A DNA stretch of 64,000 nucleotides from a virus. Its lineage: Duplodnaviria > Caudoviricetes. Location of the stretch: positions 4,528-68,527 of the IMG/VR virus record IMGVR_UViG_2595698332_000001; one strand, written 5' to 3'. Below are positions 19,768-29,164 of the stretch, in pieces. Below the pieces are notes generated by a model. The model saw only the letters and a list, made by a program, of their open reading frames with translations. It ran no database searches and was not told where the DNA came from. Each line of letters starts with the position of its first letter. Positions within the stretch are counted from its first letter, which is position 1. The translations under genes were made by a program, and so were the position numbers.

Positions 19768-21186
19768 ATGGCATACCAAAGCAAAGTCAAAACCTACGGC
19801 GCTCCGGCGGACGAGCGGGCCGAGCGGCCCGATTCGTGGCGCTGGAAACAAAACGAGCCGCCTGTCGCTGAGTACCTGAACGACCTGAACTACAACGTCA
19901 TCGAGGACATCAAGCACCTCGTGGCGCTGACGAACGCCATCGACCCGGACAACGACGGGATGGTGGCGAACGCCGACAAGTTGGACGGCAAGCACGCCGA
20001 GGAACTTGGCGGATTCAAGTACGTTCAAACCGAGACCCCGGACACACCCGCAGTGGGTAATTCGTGGTTCAAAGACACGAACGGCCTCATCCTCGTTGGT
20101 GACGGCGAAAAATACCAGCCTCAACCCGAAGTCGGCTACAGTGAAACTAACGACTTTACTGAAGCGGGCTACAGCGTTCTTCACGAAACTGTTCCAAGAA
20201 CGAAAATAGATGAACTCGGTAGTATCCGACTCATCAACGAACTCGTTGTTGAGAATTTTGATGGGGGAAAAGTTGGTCCGGGCCTTAGCACTTGGGCGTG
20301 GACCGACTCATCGGGTCTGACCGCGCAGAACACCACGGTCATCTCGGGTACTCACAGCGGCGAGTATTCGGTCGCTGGCACGCTCGACGCAATTACGCTA
20401 AAGCGTGAAGCGCCCATCATCCAAGACTTCGAGACGACGTTCCAAATCGGCTCTGACACCGGGAACATCAGCGACTACTCGGAACTCATCGTCAAAGCAC
20501 AGGACGGAACGCTCATCGGGGGCGTTCGGTTCAACGACGGTAACGGCTCGCTGGTCGTACTCGATGACGCCCGCTCGCCTATCGAAAACATCCAGTCCGC
20601 GTGGTCTGTCGGACAGAACTATTCGTTCGAGTGGGATTGGGACTTCGGGAACTCCCAGTACGACCTGTATATGGACGGCGCGTTGGTCGGGACGTACTCC
20701 CTTCCAGCGGGCGTGAGTGACTTCGGTGAGTTCACTGTCCGGCAAGACAACTCCTCGTCCGGTGCCACCCGGTCGGTCTTCATAGACGACCTCCACACCG
20801 GAGCGCGTGAATACGGCGAAGCAGTCATTACTCTACCCGAGCCGGACCAGCGTATTCAGTCGTGGGACATCATCCGCATTATGCGGACTTCGGCTAACGA
20901 GAGCGTCGTCGTAGACGTGGAAGACTCTACAGGCACGACGCTACTTGCAGACGTTCACAGCGAAGACGACCTTTCGGCTTTCGTCTCTGCTTCAGAAAAC
21001 TTCCAATTCAGGGCAAAATTCAGTCGGACTAACACGGCAAATAACCCTTCTCTCGATGGCGTGTACCGGCGCTGGACGATGCGCCCCGGCGACACGGGTC
21101 TCAGCAAGAAGGTACGAGAACGACAAGAAGCAGAACGAAACAGAGCGCGATACATCCACACTCGGCTGGCAACGCGCGGTCAATAA
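19768..21186 (+). CDS. Tail fibre protein
   Basis: 472 aa; NADKLDGKHA fibre motif; beta-sandwich central region. Confidence 0.7.
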   Translation: MAYQSKVKTYGAPADERAERPDSWRWKQNEPPVAEYLNDLNYNVIEDIKHLVALTNAIDPDNDGMVANADKLDGKHAEELGGFKYVQTETPDTPAVGNSWFKDTNGLILVGDGEKYQPQPEVGYSETNDFTEAGYSVLHETVPRTKIDELGSIRLINELVVENFDGGKVGPGLSTWAWTDSSGLTAQNTTVISGTHSGEYSVAGTLDAITLKREAPIIQDFETTFQIGSDTGNISDYSELIVKAQDGTLIGGVRFNDGNGSLVVLDDARSPIENIQSAWSVGQNYSFEWDWDFGNSQYDLYMDGALVGTYSLPAGVSDFGEFTVRQDNSSSGATRSVFIDDLHTGAREYGEAVITLPEPDQRIQSWDIIRIMRTSANESVVVDVEDSTGTTLLADVHSEDDLSAFVSASENFQFRAKFSRTNTANNPSLDGVYRRWTMRPGDTGLSKKVRERQEAERNRARYIHTRLATRGQ

Positions 21187-21208
21187 ATCACGGAAAACAT
21201 AACAACAC

Positions 21209-22249
21209 ATGGTCAATTACGGAGCAGGACTATCCGGTGACAAGGTAGTCTCTACGAACGAAACGGCAGACGACCCCATCCTTCAGTACGACAATCTCAC
21301 CATCGAGGACGGAGCCAATTTTTCGGTAGCCTCGCCTTGCATATTGATGGTACGCGACACGCTCACCGTCAACGGAATCCTCGAAGTCATCGACGGTCCT
21401 GTCGGCGGCGCTGGCGGAAACGGAACTGGGTATGGTGGCGGCGGCGGCGATGCTGGCGGCTCTATTCTCATCGCCTCGAAGCACGTCAGGGGCACGGGCA
21501 CTATTGTTTGTGATGGAAAAGATGGCGGAAACGGAGGGGCAACTAATAATAGCAACCCTGGTGGAAACAACGGAGCAAACGGAGTTGCCTACTCTATCAA
21601 CGGCCAAATCCAAGGCGCTGTTCCTCAAGGTGGAAACAGCGGTAGGAGTAACAATAACAACAATCAAAGCGGAAACGGCGGTAACTCGGTCAACGGTCTG
21701 AGCGAAGACCTCCACCTGAAGTCGCTTATTGAGGACTACCTGATTTCGGGGGCGTACATTAGTGAGTCCATCTACGACATCATCTCTGCGGGAAGCGGTG
21801 CTGGTGGCGCGAGTGGACAAACCGAATCCAACAACGGCGGTTCCGCATCTGCTGGTGGTGGTGGCGCGGGTGGCAGTCTGCTCTCGAAGTCAGGAAGCGC
21901 CGGAGACGGAGTTCAAGTCAACAACAATCCTTCAAGCGGCGGCGGTGGCGGCGGCGGTGGAGCCGGTGGCTTCAACGCTATGATTACCGAGGACTACCAA
22001 GGCAATATTACTGTCAACGCAAACGGCGGAGACGGTGGAGACGGTGGAACACCGAATGACGCCAACCTTGCTGGCGGTGGTGGCGGTGGGGGCAGTGGTG
22101 GATTCGGTATCTACTACACGAACGAAAAGACCGTTCCCGATGTAAACGTGGACGGCGGACTGGGCGGCTCAAGTAACGCCGCAAACCAAAGCGGAACAGA
22201 CGGAAAAAGCGGTTCCGTGCTGGTTTACGACATCAATCAACTCATCTAA
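21209..22249 (+). CDS. Glycine-rich adhesin (T-even gp38-like)
   Basis: Multiple poly-Gly motifs (GGGGGGGG, GGNGG); after fibre gene; lower GC. Confidence 0.75.
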   Translation: MVNYGAGLSGDKVVSTNETADDPILQYDNLTIEDGANFSVASPCILMVRDTLTVNGILEVIDGPVGGAGGNGTGYGGGGGDAGGSILIASKHVRGTGTIVCDGKDGGNGGATNNSNPGGNNGANGVAYSINGQIQGAVPQGGNSGRSNNNNNQSGNGGNSVNGLSEDLHLKSLIEDYLISGAYISESIYDIISAGSGAGGASGQTESNNGGSASAGGGGAGGSLLSKSGSAGDGVQVNNNPSSGGGGGGGGAGGFNAMITEDYQGNITVNANGGDGGDGGTPNDANLAGGGGGGGSGGFGIYYTNEKTVPDVNVDGGLGGSSNAANQSGTDGKSGSVLVYDINQLI

Positions 22250-22251
22250 TT

Positions 22252-22593
22252 ATGGTCAAAGAAAAGACAGTTCTGCTTGTTCCTCCGGGCCACAATCGTC
22301 GCCCGGCAGGCAGATACGATGAAGTTCGAGAATCAGACGAAGTATCGTCTCCCAAAGTCATCCAAGAAGTAGTTCCCGAAGATGGTGACACGTCTGTTGA
22401 CCGCTCTCTTGTCAGCGCCGACTCAAAAAAGAAAGTCGCCGAGTCCCGTCGGAACTACAACGCCGCAAAGAACGCAGGAGACCTTCAGGCACAAATTGAT
22501 GCACTTGAAGTCGTGGTGGACGACCTCTGGAACATCGTGACAGGCGAAACTGTCGATGATACAGAAGGTAGTTACCCCCCCGACGAGGTGTAA
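22252..22593 (+). CDS. Hypothetical protein (possibly fibre chaperone)
   Basis: 113 aa, tightly packed after adhesin. Confidence 0.6.
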   Translation: MVKEKTVLLVPPGHNRRPAGRYDEVRESDEVSSPKVIQEVVPEDGDTSVDRSLVSADSKKKVAESRRNYNAAKNAGDLQAQIDALEVVVDDLWNIVTGETVDDTEGSYPPDEV

Positions 22594-23100
22594 ATGCTCC
22601 CGAAGTTTTTGCTCGACGCAGACGACGACTGGCAAGAAGGCTTCCGCGGCTATTGGTTCCCGAAACTTCACGGAACTCTCGACGGTCTCGGCGACCTAAT
22701 CGGCGTTCCGCTCTACGCAGTTGGCACTACTGGATTCGACCAGTACGTGGCTAAACTCAATGAGGGCGAGGAGGCCATCGAGGAAGAATTTGTGGACATG
22801 GGCTTCCGCCGCAACCCAGTTGCGTGCTTCAAGTCCCTTCCCGACGGGCGCGACAGCGAAGGCTCGTGGGTGTTACTTCACGAGGACGCACCCGACTTCG
22901 TGGCCCCCGGGATGCAACTCCACGTCACAATGTACGAGCGAAAAGACCGCCAGCCCGGGCGTGAACTCTACGCCCACTACGAGGACGACTGGCGCGTCGC
23001 TCCGCTCGCCCACCTTCGCAGTAAGAACCTCAGCGTCACCGCTGGCGTTGAAATCGCGCACGACTACTTCGACCAGAAATCGTTCCTCGTCCTCAACTAA
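22594..23100 (+). CDS. Hypothetical protein
   Basis: 168 aa acidic ORF, GAGGTG upstream. Confidence 0.7.
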   Translation: MLPKFLLDADDDWQEGFRGYWFPKLHGTLDGLGDLIGVPLYAVGTTGFDQYVAKLNEGEEAIEEEFVDMGFRRNPVACFKSLPDGRDSEGSWVLLHEDAPDFVAPGMQLHVTMYERKDRQPGRELYAHYEDDWRVAPLAHLRSKNLSVTAGVEIAHDYFDQKSFLVLN

Positions 23101-23108
23101 CCCTAATC

Positions 23109-23243
23109 ATGTTCGACTTCGTAACTAACACTCCGCCGGAGACCGCGCTTCTACTCGGCTTTTTCATGGGGCTGTCGCTCCGGCAAGGACGCATCGCATC
23201 GCTACTCGACCGTATTCTGCCCGATGAGGCTCGCAAGGATTAA
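23109..23243 (+). CDS. Small membrane protein, 44 aa (holin candidate)
   Basis: Read by hand: MFDFVTNTPPETALLLGFFMGLSLRQGRIASLLDRILPDEARKD. Confidence 0.55.
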   Translation: MFDFVTNTPPETALLLGFFMGLSLRQGRIASLLDRILPDEARKD

Positions 23244-23347
23244 TGGGCGGCTTCGCAGACCAGTGCCGCGAGTGTCGGTCTCCGAACGTCCAACCCGTCG
23301 GCGGCTGTCCAGTCTGTCAGGACTGCGGCTGGTCGGCCTGCGGGTAG
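23243..23347 (+). CDS. CxxC zinc-finger microprotein, 34 aa
   Basis: MGGFADQCRECRSPNVQPVGGCPVCQDCGWSACG; TAATG coupling. Confidence 0.65.
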   Translation: MGGFADQCRECRSPNVQPVGGCPVCQDCGWSACG

Positions 23348-23403
23348 AATAGGCACTGCGGCCTCATCGAGTGGGAACGCGGGTGGGCGCGAAACTTTTC
23401 AGG

Positions 23404-23541
23404 TTACTCGGTGAGTGCCACTTCGGCCTTTTGACGGAGCCGCCGCGCTTCAGAGCGCGCTGATGGATAGCGGGTTTCATCGGCTTCGATGTCTTCCATC
23501 TCATCCAGCAGAAACGCGGCTTCTCGCGGATTCAGTTCCAT
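23404..23541 (-). CDS. Small acidic protein, 45 aa
   Basis: MELNPREAAFLLDEMEDIEADETRYPSARSEARRLRQKAEVALTE; GTGGGGG upstream. Confidence 0.5.
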   Translation of the reverse strand: MELNPREAAFLLDEMEDIEADETRYPSARSEARRLRQKAEVALTE

Positions 23542-23604
23542 ACCCCCACTTCACGGGGGTTTGGCTTAACTGTGACAGTTAAGTCTTTTAATACGACTTG
23601 TTCA

Positions 23605-24474
23605 TTACCCGCGGTGGAACGGGCACGACGAGCCTTCGGAGTCGTCGGAGTCCTCGACCACTTCAGGTGGGAGGTTTCGAGAACCCTTTTTCTGGACCCA
23701 TCGGTCGTTTCTGTAAGTAGATTCAACTGAACTCAGTTCAGTCTTGGTTTTTTGCTGTTCGATTTTTTCTCTTTCAGTCATTTCACGAACAACAGCGTCC
23801 GTGAGCATCGAGTCGCGCTTGAACGGGATGACCTGAACGATAGGAGTCCCGGCTTCTGCGACACCTTCCCAATCGCCGCCCGTCCACATGAACGGCGCGT
23901 TGATGTAGTTGAAGTAATTGTCGGCGTCAACGACCCCGGAGAACGTCTGCCAACGCGGCTCGATGCGGTTCATCGGGTTCGTGACGAGGAGAGAGTAACC
24001 TTCTGGAACTTTAATACACCAGTGGTTGTGGAATTTTAGAACGGGCCACTCGTGATTTGGGAACGCCTCTCCGCCGACTTGTTCCAAACTGTGACTGGAT
24101 ACCATTTCTCGCTGAAATCCCCACTCATATGAGACGTATCCGTCTTCAGCGTAGAATTGGACTTCTGCGGCGAGTGGTATGAGCCAACCCATAGTTAACG
24201 CTTCCATGAACGGCATACACCGCTTGACAGTAGACGAACTGATAGATTTTCGCTCCGTTCCATCCATGAACGGATTCAGATTTCGATACCACTCGGGAAG
24301 GATTTTGTTAGCCGGGACAGGCTCAGGAATCGCCCCGTAGAGTTCCTTTTCAGTGACGAACTCGATGAGTCGGTCTTCGTCCGGCTCGTCCTCTGCGCTG
24401 GAACCATCGGGTCTGACGTAGTTTGAGAGGTCTCTAACGGTTTCAGTTGCTCCAGTAAGGTCGAACATCTTCAC
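23605..24474 (-). CDS. DUF6065-like protein
   Basis: P.PA...LPEWY, TVKRCMPF.EA...GW, PEGYSLL.T.P.NR, SGVVDAD and GTPIVQVIPFKR motifs; lower GC. Confidence 0.65.
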   Translation of the reverse strand: MKMFDLTGATETVRDLSNYVRPDGSSAEDEPDEDRLIEFVTEKELYGAIPEPVPANKILPEWYRNLNPFMDGTERKSISSSTVKRCMPFMEALTMGWLIPLAAEVQFYAEDGYVSYEWGFQREMVSSHSLEQVGGEAFPNHEWPVLKFHNHWCIKVPEGYSLLVTNPMNRIEPRWQTFSGVVDADNYFNYINAPFMWTGGDWEGVAEAGTPIVQVIPFKRDSMLTDAVVREMTEREKIEQQKTKTELSSVESTYRNDRWVQKKGSRNLPPEVVEDSDDSEGSSCPFHRG

Positions 24475-24522
24475 TAAACTAAACGTGGTCTGTAGACTTA
24501 ACTCTATCGCCGTTAATTCTTT
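24472..24522 (-). promoter_or_regulatory. Conserved viral promoter repeat, copy 1
   Basis: AAAGAATTAA-N8-AGAGTTAAGTC-N9-CGTTTAGTTTAGTG, ending at the start codon 24474. Confidence 0.7.
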
Positions 24523-24535
24523 GCTCTGTACGCTT

Positions 24536-24570
24536 CCCCCTTCGGGCTTCGGCCCGAAGGGGGTTTTTTT
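24536..24570 (+). terminator. Hairpin plus T-tract terminator
   Basis: Perfect 12-bp stem CCCCCTTCGGGC/GCCCGAAGGGGG, TTCG loop, then T7. Confidence 0.7.
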
Positions 24571-24892
24571 GCTTTGTAGAGGAGCGTTTTCTACGCTCTT
24601 AGGTAAACTCTCTACTAAGAGTGTTATACTACAGCGACCTCATCGAGTTTAAACAAAGTGTTTAGAGAGTAGTTACTCTTAGAGTATCCCTTAGAGATAG
24701 TGTGCTACGGGAGTGACACGCAGTTTTTGCCGCAACTACGTTATTGGTGCGGCCCGCGTATCCACCACTCGGGGAACTCGACAGGCCGGTCGCCTCGTGC
24801 GCGCACACGCGCGTAGCGACGCCGGAGCCGGTCCACGAGACCTATCCTACTCGCACATTTCCGAACGGCCTCAGCGCGCGTCCTGTGGCCTC

Positions 24893-25624
24893 TCATGGAG
24901 CGCGGAGAGAATTGTTGTTCAAGTGGGCCTCGTAGCCCTCGAACGTGAGCGGCGACCACTCGTGGCACAGGTCGAGTACCTGCTCGGCGAACTCCTGCGT
25001 CTCCGGCTGTGCCTTCGTGTTGTTACGCAGGTCGAAGAAGTGCATCAGCGTCCGCGCGTTGGCGCTGAACGTCATGTTGACCTTCGTCCCAAGCGGGAGG
25101 ACGTAGCGCGCGTCCTGTTGGGCCTTCTTCCCCGCCATCGACTCTTTGAAGCCCTCGCTCAGGTAGTGGGCCTTCAGTTCGTCGTAGAGGTAGTCGTAGC
25201 GGTCGAGCGAGTCTATCATGTGGTCTTCGATGACGTGTTCCAATCCGATGAGGCGCACGGCCTCGGGAACCACGACGCTGGCGTCATCGAACTCTACGTA
25301 CCTCATACTCTGAACGTCGAAGGAGATGCCGACGCGGTGCCTCGTGGCCTGCGCTAACAGCACGCGGCTGATTCCCTCGACCGCGAAGTACGCGGTGACG
25401 TGTTCAAAGGGGCCGAAGTGGCCCCGCCGAAGGAGTTTGTTGATGAAGTCACGCTTCTGGTCTTCCTCGTTCCAGACTTTCATTTTCGGTTCAGCCGCAC
25501 CCTGAAGTGCGTCCGAGACCGACTTCCCGACCAGCGATTCGCTCATGTAGTCACCTCGGGCGGCCATGATGGCAACGTCGTCCGGGTTCGCGGTGCTGTA
25601 TTCCGTCTTGAGTTCGATTTCCAT
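24893..25624 (-). CDS. thyX: Flavin-dependent thymidylate synthase
   Basis: GHFGPFEH, RHR..ISFDVQSMRY, ARYVLP, NARTLMHFFDLR and AQPE motifs. Confidence 0.95.
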   Translation of the reverse strand: MEIELKTEYSTANPDDVAIMAARGDYMSESLVGKSVSDALQGAAEPKMKVWNEEDQKRDFINKLLRRGHFGPFEHVTAYFAVEGISRVLLAQATRHRVGISFDVQSMRYVEFDDASVVVPEAVRLIGLEHVIEDHMIDSLDRYDYLYDELKAHYLSEGFKESMAGKKAQQDARYVLPLGTKVNMTFSANARTLMHFFDLRNNTKAQPETQEFAEQVLDLCHEWSPLTFEGYEAHLNNNSLRAP

Positions 25625-25735
25625 TAGTTGCGTTCTGCTAATTCTTCGAGAGTCTGTCCACAGGCCGAACACGCCGTGCCTTCATCGTTCAGGGTACAGA
25701 CCCCGATACACGGGCTTTCTTTGCTTGTCATTTTG

Positions 25736-25843
25736 TCAGAAGGGGTCGGAGCAGTCTTTGATTACGCCGCACTGCTCACAGCACACCTTACAGTGTCGCT
25801 TGTAGAGCGGGCCTTCACAGCGCGGACATCGTTCAGTCTTCAT
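25736..25843 (-). CDS. Zinc-finger microprotein (haloarchaeal CPxC...CSDPF type), 35 aa
   Basis: MKTERCPRCEGPLYKRHCKVCCEQCGVIKDCSDPF. Confidence 0.7.
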   Translation of the reverse strand: MKTERCPRCEGPLYKRHCKVCCEQCGVIKDCSDPF

Positions 25844-25949
25844 CTTCTTCTTCCTCGAAGTCGTACAGCGACGACTGTCCGGCGTCGTCTATCGGGTGCC
25901 GTATCTTCTGGTACGGCTTCCGCTCGTCAGAACTCGATGGCGTCGGCAT
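25833..25949 (-). CDS. Small acidic protein, 38 aa
   Basis: MPTPSSSDERKPYQKIRHPIDDAGQSSLYDFEEEEDED; fills the gap between neighbours. Confidence 0.45.
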   Translation of the reverse strand: MPTPSSSDERKPYQKIRHPIDDAGQSSLYDFEEEEDED

Positions 25950-26118
25950 GAGTCTCGCCTTCAGGCCACGCCGCTATCAGTCGGCTCCACCGAAGGCGTT
26001 CTTCGTAGTCGAAGGTCTCGTCGGTCGGGTGAACACAGCAGGGCAGGAACGGTAGGATGTCCACCTCGATGAGAACATCCCACTGCTGTCCTGCGGCGTC
26101 ATCGGTTTTAAAGAGCAT
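25927..26118 (-). CDS. Hypothetical protein
   Basis: 63 aa, coupled to the PolB stop. Confidence 0.5.
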   Translation of the reverse strand: MLFKTDDAAGQQWDVLIEVDILPFLPCCVHPTDETFDYEERLRWSRLIAAWPEGETHADAIEF

Positions 26119-28769
26119 CAGATGAACGCCCCCAGTCCACTCTGTGTGGTGGCTCGGCCCATCAGAGCATCTTCTATTTCGAGACCGAACGAGTCGAGGA
26201 TGTCCTCCATCGGGTTCACGAGAACTTTCTGTTGCATCGCGGCGCTGTCAATGCGGAGTTCATCCTCGACGGGTTCGAGGTCGTAGTGGTCCTCGAAGGC
26301 GATTACGTCCACGGCTTCACCGTTCACGGTCAGGTTCGGTTTCAGGTAGACGCGCTTCGGCTGGTCGCCCTGACTGAGTTTCACGTCGAGCAGGTGGTTG
26401 GCGAACCACGCGCCGCGGGGGTGAGCCGACTGCGGGTAGTCACCCTTCGGCGACCAGTCGTAGTAGTCGTCGCCGTCTGCCTTCTCGCGGTTGATTTTCT
26501 TGCCGAGGCCCTGCGGCATCCCGATGGCGTCCCAATCCGGTGAGGCCGGGTCGATACTTCCCGCGGCCTCGAACATGATGTCGGCCACGTCCTGCTTCGA
26601 GCCGCCTTCGAGGATGGTTTCGAGGACTTCACGCTGAGTCTCCTTCGTGAGCGTCGAGAAGTTTGACTTCACGCAGGCGTATCCTTTGATGGAGATTTTG
26701 CCCTCGCCGCCGTTGACCTTCTCGTCAAAGTCCATGCCTTCACTCCACATCGAGCGGTAGGCGTAGAACTTCTTGGAGCCGGACTGGAAGAAGCGGTCGG
26801 CCAGCATCTCCAGTTCGATTTCCCACCGATTCTCGGCGGGGTCTATGTTGAACTCACCGCAGAGTTCGGGGTAGACTTCATCGGTCAGCGTGTCGCAGAC
26901 CTCGGTTGCGTATTCGAGGACTTCACGCTGTTCCCAACTGTCAGGATACTGAACGTAGTTCGAGTCGGTATCCCCGTAGACCACCGTAGCGACCGTCTCC
27001 TCCTCAATGTATTCCGCAGTGCGCTTGATGACTCGCTGACCAGTTAGCGTGACTGCGGCGGCGATGGCCGGGTCGTACAGCGGCGACTTGTCCCATCCGG
27101 TGTACCCGTAGTACGAGTTGTAGATGGTCTTCGTCGTCCCGTAGGCTTCATCGAGGGCTTCATACTCGGGAGTGCCGTACTCGACCTTCTTCTTGCGCCG
27201 CTTGAACTCCATCTTGAGTTCATCGTACTCGTCCACGAGTTCTTTGATGATGGAGTCAACGTCCGTTCGGAAGGCCGTCCCGTTGGCCGCGACGACGTGG
27301 GGGATGCCCTCGGCCCACGCGGTCTTCCTGTCGATTTTCGTGTCCGGGGAGGCGTTCAGCATCGCCTGCGTCATCGGGTACAGGCTCGCCAAGTCTTTGC
27401 CGACGACGTTCTCTTTCAGGCCCCGGAACGCCTCGAAGACGAACGCGCCCTCGTAGTTCACGTCGTTGGAGCCGTTTGCGTTGGCTTCACGGACGTACTC
27501 GTTGTCCCACGCCGTGACCATCACGACTCCGTGTTCGGCGCACTTCCGGCGGACGGACATAGCAACGAACTCGTTGTTCTCGCGCGTCTCCTCCCAGTCC
27601 ACGCCAATCATGTCCTTCAGGCGCTTCTTGAAGCCGAAGACGTTCTCCGCGGCATTGATTTCGACCGTGAGCCGCGTGTCCTTCGTGTTGTAGTCCACGA
27701 ACTTCTGCGGGTCTTTCTCCCACATCTCGTAGTACCCCATGTCGGGGTGCGGGATTTTCACGTCGTCCAACGCGGCCTGCGCCACGTCATCGAGCCGCTT
27801 CGAGTCCGGCTTTGTGAACTTCGTGCCGACCCACCCGTCCATCAGGTCGTAGGTCGTCCGACCGCGGATGGAGACGCGCCACTCGTCGTCGCCGATGTCT
27901 CGGCACTTCACGTAGCCCTCTCGGGACAGCCGGGCCGTGTTGACGCGGTGCTTGTCCATCCGCTCGATGAGGTGGGGCAGGTCGAAGCCGTCGTTAGCGT
28001 CGTCGCCGGAGTTCCAGCCCGAGATGATGTCCGGGTCGCGCTCCTGAATCCACTGCGCGAACTTCAGGAGCATCTGCCGCTCAGACTTGTAGCACTTGAG
28101 TTCGCCCGGCTCGGTGACTTGGAAGTCGGCGAGTTCCTGCGGCGGGTTCTCCAACTTGAAGAACTGCCCCGGAGCCTTCTTGTCCGTATCGAGGAAGGTG
28201 ATGTATTCCTGCTCGTATGAATCGTATGCCGCGATACTAAGTATGCGGGCATCGCCCGGCGACGGGAACCCGGAGGCTCGGTCGTCGGTCTCGATGTCGA
28301 AGAACAGGACGCGCGGCTCCACGTCCTCGATAGTGACTGCCTCAACGTCTTCGTAGTCGCAGGTGTTGTCGGGAACGCGGACGCCGGTCTTGATGCCGCG
28401 GTCGATGCGGAGCCGGTTCGTGAACGTCACGTCAGCGCCCCACGTCTTGTCCCACTGCGAGCGAAGGTCGCGCACTGCGCCCGGATTTGCCGCCACGACC
28501 TTCGTGAGCCGCCGTGGCTCGTCGGCGAAGCGGTCTTCGAGCGGGATGATGTCCGTCTCCTCGTAGCGGTCGAGGCCGTCGTTCTCGTTCGGTTTGACCT
28601 TCCCGGCCTCGCTGGCGGGGATGAAGAAGTACGGCTCGAAGCCGGTGACGGTGATGGGTTCGTGTTTCCCGTCGCGTGTCCGCCCGTACATCCGCACCAC
28701 GACCTCGTTCAGGTCGTTGTCCCGGCGCGGGTACAGGGTCTCGGAGTTGGTGATGTAGGCTTCTATCAT
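26118..28769 (-). CDS. polB: Family B DNA polymerase
   Basis: FDIET, GWN...FD, DLASLYP, K..YNSYYG, YGDTDS and KKFY motifs; no intein apparent. Confidence 0.97.
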   Translation of the reverse strand: MIEAYITNSETLYPRRDNDLNEVVVRMYGRTRDGKHEPITVTGFEPYFFIPASEAGKVKPNENDGLDRYEETDIIPLEDRFADEPRRLTKVVAANPGAVRDLRSQWDKTWGADVTFTNRLRIDRGIKTGVRVPDNTCDYEDVEAVTIEDVEPRVLFFDIETDDRASGFPSPGDARILSIAAYDSYEQEYITFLDTDKKAPGQFFKLENPPQELADFQVTEPGELKCYKSERQMLLKFAQWIQERDPDIISGWNSGDDANDGFDLPHLIERMDKHRVNTARLSREGYVKCRDIGDDEWRVSIRGRTTYDLMDGWVGTKFTKPDSKRLDDVAQAALDDVKIPHPDMGYYEMWEKDPQKFVDYNTKDTRLTVEINAAENVFGFKKRLKDMIGVDWEETRENNEFVAMSVRRKCAEHGVVMVTAWDNEYVREANANGSNDVNYEGAFVFEAFRGLKENVVGKDLASLYPMTQAMLNASPDTKIDRKTAWAEGIPHVVAANGTAFRTDVDSIIKELVDEYDELKMEFKRRKKKVEYGTPEYEALDEAYGTTKTIYNSYYGYTGWDKSPLYDPAIAAAVTLTGQRVIKRTAEYIEEETVATVVYGDTDSNYVQYPDSWEQREVLEYATEVCDTLTDEVYPELCGEFNIDPAENRWEIELEMLADRFFQSGSKKFYAYRSMWSEGMDFDEKVNGGEGKISIKGYACVKSNFSTLTKETQREVLETILEGGSKQDVADIMFEAAGSIDPASPDWDAIGMPQGLGKKINREKADGDDYYDWSPKGDYPQSAHPRGAWFANHLLDVKLSQGDQPKRVYLKPNLTVNGEAVDVIAFEDHYDLEPVEDELRIDSAAMQQKVLVNPMEDILDSFGLEIEDALMGRATTQSGLGAFI

Positions 28770-29164
28770 TTTGCTATGTGAACGTCCTCTGCGTCCCACG
28801 TTCGCCGAGCATCGGCGATTGGAACGCACCGCTGTCGGTCGTAGTCGTCGTAGTCGAGCAGAATTGCGCCGTAGAAGTCAGACGCATCGTACTCGTACAT
28901 CGTCGCCGTGTCATCTTCTGCGATGAACACGGTCTCGATGTCGTTCCCCTGAATTTCGCGTTCGAGGATGCTTTCGCTGATTGCGTAGCCCTCGTGCTTT
29001 CGGAAGAAGTGTTCTTCTTTCGTCCGGGGAGAGAGGTACGCATTTCCCGGCCCGTTCCAGTGAGCAAACCACCCGATGAGGCCGCCGCCGGTCGGATGGT
29101 TGACTGGACGGACGAGGATTAGTTCGAGCGCGTCTTTTTCCTCGAAGTCAAACAGCGAGGACAT
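28766..29164 (-). CDS. Hypothetical protein
   Basis: 132 aa acidic; HFFRKHEGYAIS; coupled. Confidence 0.7.
   Translation of the reverse strand: MSSLFDFEEKDALELILVRPVNHPTGGGLIGWFAHWNGPGNAYLSPRTKEEHFFRKHEGYAISESILEREIQGNDIETVFIAEDDTATMYEYDASDFYGAILLDYDDYDRQRCVPIADARRTWDAEDVHIAK

Noticed and set aside
21209-22249. GGC/GGT repeats as a DNA repeat element or diversity-generating target
   Set aside because: Explained by poly-Gly coding; no reverse transcriptase, template repeat or invertase seen
24713-25357. 214-aa + strand ORF
   Set aside because: Antisense to thyX; Arg-rich; no motif
26118-28769. Intein or intron in PolB
   Set aside because: Polymerase motifs are contiguous and the length is normal; no splice-junction motifs noticed
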